Source: Octopus vulgaris (lineage: Eukaryota). Taken from it: DNA of 64,000 nt. The stretch covers positions 51,832,001-51,896,000 of the forward strand of contig OX597833.1 in NCBI GenBank assembly GCA_951406725.2. The letters are read 5' to 3'. How positions within the stretch are numbered: position 1 is the first letter of the stretch; each line of letters opens with the position of its first letter. Shown here piece after piece: positions 52,796-64,000 of this stretch. The position numbers and the translations under genes were made by a program. Below the pieces are notes generated by a model that did no database searches, was not told where the DNA came from, and worked only from the letters and a program-made list of their open reading frames with translations.

Positions 52796-52887
52796 TTGTG
52801 TAGAAATATATGTATATATATGCACGCATATATATACACACACACACACATATATATATATACATATAAATATACGCATATATATAC

Positions 52888-52958
<71 letters not shown>

Positions 52959-52962
52959 TATA

Positions 52963-53003
<41 letters not shown>

Positions 53004-53144
53004 TATATTTATACACATATAAATATATTGCTCTCTATGCCTCTGTCTATCATATCCCTCTCGGTTTGTTTGTCTTCCTCTCTCTTTCTCTCTCTGTATC
53101 TGTCTGTTTGTCTCTCTCCCCCCACTCTCTCTCTCTCTTTATAT

Positions 53145-53200
<56 letters not shown>

Positions 53201-54286
53201 TGTAATTAGATACACCTGGCATATAAGAACAAATGTTTCTACGCTCATTCTGTAGTCAGGTATCTGTGAACCATATGCTATTTATGCAAATTGGATTTTC
53301 CAGTTTACTGAAATCTTTAATTGCAGAGACTATAAGTATACAGCAAGACAATGGCCAGATAACAGATGGATTCTCGTTTTCTGATGAATGCCTCAAATAA
53401 AACCGACAATCGTTGGACCAAGCTCTTTTTTCTTCCTGGAGAGGAGATTGTGCGGTCTTGTGTTTTCATTTATCTACTGACACATAAGTGAAGGCGCGTA
53501 GCTTAGTGGTTAGGAGTATTCGACTCATGAGCGTAAGGTCGTGAGTTCGATTCCCAGTGTTGCGTTGTATCCTTGAGCAAGAAATTTATTTCACGTTACC
53601 CCAGCAAAACTGAGTAGTAGTATGACACTGGGGTAAAATATACGAAGCCCAATATATCCATTATGACTACCCGTCCGATAACGGTACACTAGGCATCACA
53701 ACTATATGTGCGCGACATAGTGATCTCATACCAAGATAAACAGCACATGACCTTGCAGGTGGGGCCCAGTTAGAATTTTCTTCTGGTCGAGTAGCCCATC
53801 CCGCTCAAAAGGTCCCTGAATAAGGATTGTTTAAGGATCTTCAACGAACCTTGTCACATTGTGTGCCACTCCGAATTTCCCACATGGTTCCTGGTTCAGA
53901 ACTATGTTAAGGGTACGTGTGTCTGTGGAGTGCTCAGCCACTTGCACGTTAACTTCACGAGTAGGCTGTTCCGTGGATCATATGAACTAGAAACCTTGTC
54001 ATCGTAACCGACAGAGTACCAGTTATTACTGACGCCTCTGCAGTGTAGGATAAAATCTATAATATTGTTATTAAGGTGGCGAGCTGGCAGCGTCGTATAG
54101 AACGTCAGACAAAATGCTAAACGGTATTTCGCCCCGTCGCTACGTTCTGAGTTCAAATTCCGCTGGGGGTCGACTTTTCCTTTCATTTTTTTGGGGTCGA
54201 TAAATTAAGTACCTGTAAATCACTGAGGTTCGATGTAATCGACAAGTCGCCTCCTTGCTATAGGACTTGTGTCTGTAGTAGAACAG

Positions 54287-55012
<726 letters not shown>

Positions 55013-58000
55013 ACAAACGAGGTGGCAAGCCGGCATAATCGTTTGAGCACTGAAACAACATATTTGTAGTAATTGATATGGTTCTTTACATACTGAGTTC
55101 AAATCATGTCGAGGTCTAGTAGAGAACATGGTTCAATGTTAATCACCCCCACCTAAACTGCTACTTTTCTGCTTAAATTAGAAACAGGTATTTTACATAC
55201 AACTTTCACTGCTGCACACACACTTCATCAGCTACCGATTCGAAACCACTAAGGTCTTTGTATATGTGTGGACGCCCCCAGATGATGAAGTAGGCTAGCC
55301 CAATACGTTGATATAGAGGGAGAACGTCAGAAGAATGAAGTAAGAGTAGCAGTCGGAGTAGGAAACTAGAGTAGAGTTGAGTAGTGGATGGAAGCACTCC
55401 GTCGGTTACGACGATGAGGGTTCCGGTTGATCCGAATCAACGGAACAGCCTGCTCGTGAAATTAACGTGTAAGTGGCTGAGCACTCCACAGACACGTGTA
55501 CCCTTAACGTAGTTCTTGGAGATATTCAGCGTGACACAGAGAGTGACAAGGCCGGCCCCTTGAAATACAAGTACAACAGAAACAGGAAGTAGGAGTAAGT
55601 TGTGGTGAAAGAGTACAGCAGGGATCACCACCATCCCCTGCCGGAGCCTCGTGGAGCTTTTAGGTGTTTTCGCTCAATAAGCACTCACAACGCCCGGTCT
55701 GGGAATCGAAACCGCGATCCTATGACCGCGAGTCCGCTGCCCTAACCACTAGGCCATTGCGCCTCCACAGATTTGAGTAGTAGAGGTCATCCGAATGTGC
55801 GATATAACAGTGGTGACGAAGATTTCGTAGCTCACACAGCTACTGTGTAGTATTGCGATATAACAGTATAGGGTCACTCCTTCCAGCTATGCCAATGTAC
55901 AATAAAGCTACCAGCGAATATTTGGGTTGTTTCTACAAGACATTTTCTGTCCCTTTCTGGCTAGGTTCGAAGCAGTTCACGAGAGATTGAATGCAGGGAT
56001 TCCAAGTAGATTGAGCTCGAATTCGTTTCTAGATATCTTTGATATACTGGAACCTCTTTTGTTCAAACAAGATTTTAATGGATGTTAAAGTTTTGAGCTT
56101 AAAATTTACGAGATTTCCAACATTTTGTTTTTCTCTTGCGTACATTTTCTGCACTGTAAGTCAAAAATTACAACGGGCAGTACCTAAATGTTTACTATGT
56201 GCATTTATTTTCTTATATATTGTTTATCCATGAGTGAATATATATATATATATACGCACAGTGAATAAGTTGATTCCTTAAAGCGTCGTATCGGATAAAT
56301 TTCTTTCGGGTATTTACGTGACGAATCTGTTTCGAGTATATTAAATGAGTGACAGTTATTTCACAGGTACTTTCACGGATTACAACGGGATGAAAAATCA
56401 GCCTACAAGTGTGGAATGCTTTTTTAAAAAGAATAAATTCAAAACGAATGGAAACTTTGAACGGAAAATTCAAAACGAATGGACTAAACAGAACATGAAG
56501 AGAAGCGTAGAATGGAGGAGGGTCGCTAAATGGAAACTTGTCAGCCATATTAAACAAGCAGGTGGAAAAGAGACAGAAAAAGAAAGAGGAAAACTACTTG
56601 TATTTGAAGTAGACGAAGGTGGCGCCTTTCGACTTATAACATCGGAAATACTCTCTCTCTCTCTCTCTCTCTCCCCCCCTCTCTCTCTCTGCTTCAGACG
56701 AAAGTAATTTTGATGCATCAGGTTGACAATTACCGACATTAAACGGCGTAAACGGAGGCTGAAACAATCATTCGGTGTCGCCTTAAGAGATCGAGGATTT
56801 GATAAAGGGTAGAGGTGACAAGACGATCTAAGAGATACCTCGTACTGTGTTGTTTTCGGCTTGTTTAGAAGCTTATTTCACGCCATTTTGCATTCGATAT
56901 CGACCGTGGCTGCAATGCAACTAAGCAGAACCAACGAGCAGGCAAACAACAATGCCAAACGAGAATGATGAAACAAGAATTGCTGGGTGGTTAAGGCTTG
57001 TAGGCGAGAGAGAGAGAGAAAGAGAGGAGGGGTTAAGGGCGAAGTGTTATGAAAGAACGTGATAGAATGGTTGAGAGAGAGAGAGGGGGGAGAAAGAGTG
57101 GGGTGACAAACAGCAGTGTAAGAGAGAAAATGTACGAAGGGTCTCGTGTATGTGAGAGTAAGTTACGTAGTGTATGAAGGAAGCCGTTGTTCAATTTAGA
57201 TGAGGAGTTTCAAAAGAACATGAGGTTGGAGGATATGAGAAAGAATGAAAGAGAGACAGAGGGACGGAGAGATAAAAGAGGGCAAAAGGAAGTTGAGTAT
57301 GAAGACTTGTTGTTTGTATGTGTGAAAGAGAGAGAGAGAAACAGACAGAGGGACAGAGAGACAGAGGCGGGAGACAAAGAGAGGTGAATACTGGAAAATG
57401 CTCGGTAAGAGTGAAGAAGGAAATTGCTGTGATACAGAACAGCAGAAAGGTGGAGAGAAACTACGCGAGAATGAAGAAGGAAATGTATGAGGAAGGAGAG
57501 CGTGAGAAGGAGATATCTAGAAAGTATTGAGAAAGAGAGAGGGGGAGAGGAAGGAGAGGGGGGAGGGGAGGGGGAGAGAGATGATGGTAAAGGTATTTAG
57601 ATGCATTGAGAGGAAAGGATGAGGTGAAATGGTTGTGAGAGGAGTACTTGTAAAAGAAGGAAGAGAAGTACAGAAAATTGAAGGGAAAGAAGGAGAAACG
57701 TATGAAGGAGCTGTGTCAGAAGTGTTATGAGGGAGAGCAAGAGAGAAAGAGAGAGAGAGAAAGTGGGAGGGAAATAGAGAGAGAGAGAGAAAGGCAGGGA
57801 AAAAAGAACAGACAGGCATTCAATAACAGACAGGTTTTACTGACAAACAGATAGGCCCAGAAGAGCATGAGTACTGTGTATTTTCCATTGAAAAATTAAA
57901 GATAGGCCAGATTCCTACTGTCAACATGTGACTGTTCTGGGTTAGTTTACGGTGTCAGTGAGAGTACTTAGCTCTGCTGAGAAGAGGAAGCTTCAATGTG

Positions 58001-58423
58001 GTTGGTCGCTACGCAAGAAATACCAAAAAAACACCTACATAAAATCCCATGCTCTATAGGATAACGTAACCTTCGAGGCATTACGATGAAATGGTTTCAG
58101 CGCGAGCGATCTTTAAGAAAGTGTTTACTTGGAGTTAAATAACTTTACCAATGGTTTAGAAATCGCGAACTTATACACGCACATACATACATGTATGCTC
58201 ACACATACGCACACACACACACACACACACGCACACACACACACGCACACGCACACGCACACACGCACACACGCACACACACACGCACATACACGGAACA
58301 ACACACACAAACGCAAACGCAAATATTTATAAATATATTAGCGCAAAATTTAGGCTTGGTGGGATACCATGTTCGAGCTGAAGTGTCTTTGTTTGTCTGT
58401 TACCCTCTCTCTCTCTCTTCCTT

Positions 58424-58538
<115 letters not shown>

Positions 58539-58707
58539 CTGGCAAGTTTCTTACTAGTGCCTCCAGAGTGGAAGCGATATTATCGATAATGGCCGAAATT
58601 GCGCTTGGCCCTCTGACCGATAACTGAAGAAGAGTTGATGACCTTCTTTGGTTTCCGTCTGTCTGTGTATTTAGTACACGTTCATATGTTTGTTTTCCAC
58701 ACGTTTT

Positions 58708-58757
<50 letters not shown>

Positions 58758-58806
58758 CTAGCCACTATACATTCTTTATTTTCTCTCCTTGTTTCTTTCT
58801 GTGTTC

Positions 58807-58842
58807 CTTTCTGTGGAAGAGCGTAGGCTCGAAACGTTAAAG
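58807..58842 (+). ncRNA. Minimal hammerhead-like motif with CTGTGGA core in a (TA)n-flanked module (~58757-58932)
   Basis: CTTT-CTGTGGA-A-GAGC-gtag-GCTC-GAAA-CG-TT-AAAG; homologous to the Penelope 3' end at ~21835-22015. Confidence 0.65.
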
Positions 58843-59316
58843 ACTTTTTCACTTCCTGAGCGTTATGCTAATACATCTGTTTGTTGTTTACACCACCTGT
58901 CTTCGTCTTTCGTACTCTTTGCGAATTATCCCTATATATATATATATATATATATACATACAGGTATGTCATATTTTCCGCAGCCTTTTTATTTAATCCT
59001 GGAAATATTATTTACATAACGCACGCACTCGTTAATTTATTATCCATTTGTAGAAATATTCATGGAATATTTTTGCGCTAATCTGTTTATTTCTTTTACA
59101 TTGCTTCTCTTATTTCATTTCTCGCTCTCTACCCACTCTCTCACTCTCTCTTCTTCTCTCACCTTGTGTTTCTCTGTCATCCTCCTCCCACTATCACTTG
59201 ATCCGTCACGGCCTAAGGTTGTATTATTCCTTTTCGTGTTGCCTTCGAACGGACTGGACATAATTTTCTGAGCTCCTCACTTCTCTTAATTTTCTTTCTT
59301 TCTCGCTCTCCCCCAG

Positions 59317-59348
<32 letters not shown>

Positions 59349-60063
59349 TCTCACTCACTCTCACCGTTTGTCTTTCTCTGTTACACTCCTCCCATTATCA
59401 CGACATCCGCGATGGCCTAAGGCGGTGGCATTGTTTTTCGCGTTGCCTTCTACAGGACTGGTCACGATTTTCTGAGCTCCTTGCTCTACTCATCCCGTGT
59501 TTATAGTCCTAAGGATTTTTTTTGCTGTATATCTATTATTATCATTATAATTGTTCTCTTCGTGTGGCCTTAAGCCTTTATTCTGTTTATTGTTTTGTTA
59601 TGTCTTGGTCCCATTCCCGGCAAGGTTCTTATCGGTGCCGCAGGAGTGGAAGCAATATTATTGATATTGTACTTGACCCTCTGGCCGATAACTGAAGAAG
59701 AGTTGGAGACCTTCTGTGCTTTCCGTTTGTCTGTGTATTTAGTTTATGTTCGTATGTTCATTTTCTACACCATTTTTAAAATTTGTGTGTGTGTGTGTGT
59801 CTGTATAAATAATCAGGTATGTCATAATTTCCGTTGTCTTGTTGAATCTTGAAAATATATACATATATGTATATATATACATGTACATGGACATATGTAT
59901 ATATATATATGTGTGTGTGTGTGTATACATATATACATGTATATATATATTTACATGCATATATATATATTCATACGTACATTTATATATAAATATACAT
60001 GCATATATGTATATATATATACGTATATACATGTATGTATATATATATGTACATATATACATG

Positions 60064-60116
<53 letters not shown>

Positions 60117-61230
60117 GTGTATGTATGTATGTATGTATGTATGTATACATGTACACCTGTACGTACAAATATACATGTAGAGCGATGGGGGCATCTTTCC
60201 GTTTATGCATACGTGTGTCTGGGTGTATATAAAGTACACTTGTATATAAAGAAGAATTTCATTGTAGACGAAAAGTACAAAAATATATCAGAAAGAGAGT
60301 ATTTTATATTGAAATTAAGGTATCAAAATACATCTTCTAATTTGAAAGCTGAAATTTCGTAAATTTTAATTTCATGGATTTGATCGTCAAGCAAAATATA
60401 ACCATGAAAACTGGAAATTGTTGAAATGAAAAATGTAAATGTTGCCATACTTTTAAACTTAGCAAGCGAAATACTTGGAATTATTTTAGCTATGTTTTCC
60501 TGCGAAGAAAATTATCACGAGATGAAAGTGGGTTTCTATGGTCGTGGAGAATAGTTATCTTTCATCTGCATAATATTTCAAACGAGAGATAATTTCAGCG
60601 GAATTCTGAGTTTCGTGTGAGGACATACATGCATATACGCAATTACGCACTCACGAACTAGTACGGAGCGCACACGCACAGTACACACATGCACACTTTA
60701 TGTGTGTGAATGTGAACATATAAATAGGTGTGGCTATGTGGTAAGAAATTTGCTTCTCAACCACATGGTTCTAAGGTCAGTCCCACTGCGGGGCCAAGTT
60801 CAGTCCCACCGCGGGGCTACTCTAGCCTCGAGCCCACAAAAGCCTTGAGTTTATTTGGTAGATGGTAACTGAAAGGAGGATCAGTTAATTATGATTTTAT
60901 TCAACATATTCCCCTTCTCAGATTCACACTTAATGTAGCCGTCCTTCAGGTCTTCTAAACTCTGTCAGAGAACTAGGAAGATTGGGCCTCCAGCCAGGCC
61001 TTTTGCGAACACTTAAAGCCAGGAACTTTTCAGCATACTTGAATTATTAGTCGAATGAATCAACGCCAGTACTTATTATTCAGTTAGGCCTCTTACTTAC
61101 CCTATCGGTCCGTTTTACCCAACCGCTAAGTTAGAGGGAAGTGAACACACCAACACCGGCGGTGGGGGGCACAAGCATAGACACAGACATACACGTACGC
61201 GCACGCACACACACAGACATACACGTACGC

Positions 61231-61268
<38 letters not shown>

Positions 61269-61428
61269 ACACACACCCACACGATGGGCTCATTTCAGTT
61301 TCCGTTTACCAAATCCAATCACGAGGCTATGGTGGGCCTGAGGCTATAGTAGAAGACACTTGCCCAAGCTACCATTAAAACATGTGACTGGGAAGCAATC
61401 TTCTCACCACATAACCACACCTGCGCCT

Positions 61429-61480
<52 letters not shown>

Positions 61481-61481
61481 G

Positions 61482-61540
<59 letters not shown>

Positions 61541-61717
61541 TTATGTATGTATGTATGTATGTATAATATATAATATATATATATATGTATGTACTTATGT
61601 CTAATACATACCTACATGAAATCCCTTTGATATTATTATGGTGTATAAAACCACGTCCTTTGCGGTTGAAAATCACTGAGTAATGTATGCACACCTGTAC
61701 ACATACACACACACACA

Positions 61718-61768
<51 letters not shown>

Positions 61769-61945
61769 TCATGATGTTTGTCTCACATCCCGTTAGTTGT
61801 TTGACAGCTTATATATACAGACCAATGTAAAGGGCTATATTAACAGCAGGGTAAAATTTCATGGCGGAAGCAGAGACAATTGGAACAAAAAAAACAAAAA
61901 ACTTTGTGATGAGACAGAAGGAGAAAGGAAAGAAATGCGAGAGCC

Positions 61946-61992
<47 letters not shown>

Positions 61993-62164
61993 CGAAGACT
62001 TAACAACAAGTAATATGGAAGACAGCGTGAGACAGAAAGAAGGAAGGGAGATAATGTGTGAACGAAAGAGCAAAGGAGAGCGTGTGCGAGAACGAGAATG
62101 CGTGGGTGGAGGTGTTTTTCAATTCTGTCTGACTCCGGACCACCCCCGTAGTAATTATGAGACA

Positions 62165-62236
62165 CTGGAAATGAAGCGACTGAGGAGGTCGGTGAGATGG
62201 TACATAGACCGAGGCACGTTTTCGTCAGCTTCTTCA
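62165..62236 (+). ncRNA. Degenerate hammerhead with extended, bulged stem I
   Basis: CTGGA..GAAGC-GA-CTGAGGA-GGTC..GACC-GAGG (for GAAA)-CACGT-TT-TC-gtca-GCTTC-TTCAG. Confidence 0.45.
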
Positions 62237-62539
62237 GAACATATGCACGTACGTACGCGCGTATATATGATGTCTGCATGCAACACACTCGTACGTACAC
62301 ACACACCTGGATATTCTTTTAATTGTTTCAGTCACTCGACTGCGGCCATGCTGGAGCCCCGCCTTTAGTCGAGCAAAGTGACCCCAGGACTTATTCTTTG
62401 TAAGCCTAGTACTTATTCTATCGGTGCCTTTTGCCGAACCGCTAAGTGACGGGGACGTGAACAAACCAGTATAGGTTGTCAAGCGATGTTGGGGGGACAA
62501 AAATAGACACATATATATACACACACATATACACACACG

Positions 62540-62611
<72 letters not shown>

Positions 62612-63224
62612 CATATATATATATCGACGGGCTTTTTTCAGTTTCCGTCTACCATATCCACTCACAAGGCTTTGGTCGGCCCGAGGCTACAGTAGAACAG
62701 TAGAAGACACTTTCCCAAGGTGCCACGCAGTGGGACTGAACCCGGAACTATGTGGTTTGTAAGCAAGCTACTTACCACACAGCCAGGCATTGAATATGCA
62801 AATACATAGACACGCATACACACATAAGCACCCTGAATGCAGTCTATGTACATCTCAGTAACTGCACCTGTCTAAAGATGGATACATTATGATATTTGAA
62901 TAGAAACATATCTGAGTCTATAAAATTTCACAAGGCACAGGAGTGGCTGTGTGGTGAGTAGCTTGCTCACCAGTCACATGGTTCCGGGTTCAGTCCAATT
63001 GCGTGGCACCTTGGGCAAGTGTCTTCTACTATAGCCTCGGGCCGACCAAAACCTTTTGAGTGGATTTGGTAGACGGAAACTGAAAGAAGCCCATCGTATA
63101 TATGTATTACAAAGAATAAGTCTTGGGGTCGATTTGCTCGACTAAAAGCGGTGCTCCAGCATGGCCACAGTCAAATGACTGAAACAAGTTAAAGAGAAAA
63201 AGAGTAAGGAATGAAACTATAAAT

Positions 63225-63600
63225 AAACAAGAGCATTCAGAGAGCACAAACCTCAGCCAAGGCAACACCAACGTCCTCTCAACGATTAACCAGAGACGAT
63301 TTTTAAAATGAGAATATCTGAAACAAATTGGACTGCTCTCACAAACGAGAATGCTAAAAATGAACACGACTGTTCTTAAAAGTTAAGTCAAAAACAGGAA
63401 AAATAATCCAGAATCATCCTTGTCTGGTACTGGATTGATCCCAAAATCTAATCAGTTCGTGCCAGTCACGAGGTCAAACTTTCCTGAATGTTTCATCCGA
63501 ATCCATCCAGCGGTTCTTGAGATATCTTGCCCACGGACAAACAAACGAACAAATACGACTGAAAACAATACCTCCACCTTCGCTAAGGCTGAGATAATAA
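63225..63600 (-). mobile_element. Helentron-associated non-autonomous element (DINE-1/HINE architecture)
   Basis: Sub-terminal inverted repeats ACCTC(A/C)GCC, short IR at one end (ACCTCCACCTT..AAGGCTGAGAT), (GTTT)n microsatellite, terminal hairpin GAGCATTCAGAGAGCAC, T-run ends. Confidence 0.7.
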
Positions 63601-64000
63601 CAGCTCGTAAACTGTTAGGATATTTACTTGCTAGATCAAGGACTATCACTCAACCCTTTGATTATTATTTTATTCTGGTGGAGTTCCAAAGTTATTCGAA
63701 GTTTAAAAACTAGTTTTATAGAAACTTCTTTAAAAATTCCTATTTTGATTTTCATATATTAACTTGTGCAGGTTTGACTATGTAACATATTAGAAGTACC
63801 TAGCTCAAGGACACAATGCTTCGACCTGGTTGGGTGTGGATTAGTGATATCGTTTGGCCAGGTGGCTAGAGTTTTGATCAGACGATATACACACACATAC
63901 ATATATAGTTTTCGTCTACCAAATTCACTCACAAGGATTTGGTCGGCCCGAAGCTATAGTAGAAGACACTTGCCTAAGTTGCAACGCAGTGAGACTAAAC

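Overview
AT-rich, microsatellite-saturated eukaryotic DNA. The repeat families and composition resemble an octopus/coleoid cephalopod genome (inferred from recalled repeat families, not verified). Almost all ORFs in the track are artefacts of (TA)n, (CA)n, (TAGA)n, (TAA)n and (AGT)n tracts. There is one convincing host gene: an 862-aa ORF at 28191-30779 (+) with a probable upstream exon. It encodes a disordered polyampholyte with an RG-rich 9-aa repeat block, a short helix followed by four TQT-like (LC8-type) motifs, and an acidic 5-aa PxLE/SIM-like repeat tail. Mobile DNA includes: a 5'-truncated but ORF-intact R4/Dong-like retrotransposon in a (TAA)n tract; a Penelope GIY-YIG remnant; RTE, mariner and probable Tx1/L1 fragments; non-autonomous Helitrons and a Helentron-type element; several MITEs; and dozens of tRNA-derived SINEs. 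Three patterns stand out. (1) About ten type I hammerhead ribozyme motifs (one near-intact, most degenerate) of several families, mostly in short modules between (TA)n tracts, some with inverted-repeat architecture. (2) A SINE family that repeatedly lands at the same positions in its own tRNA-like head, where a probable Tx1 LINE 3' end sharing the SINE tail has also inserted. (3) A non-coding ~540-bp element embedded in (TAA)n. All calls were made by eye, without database searches.
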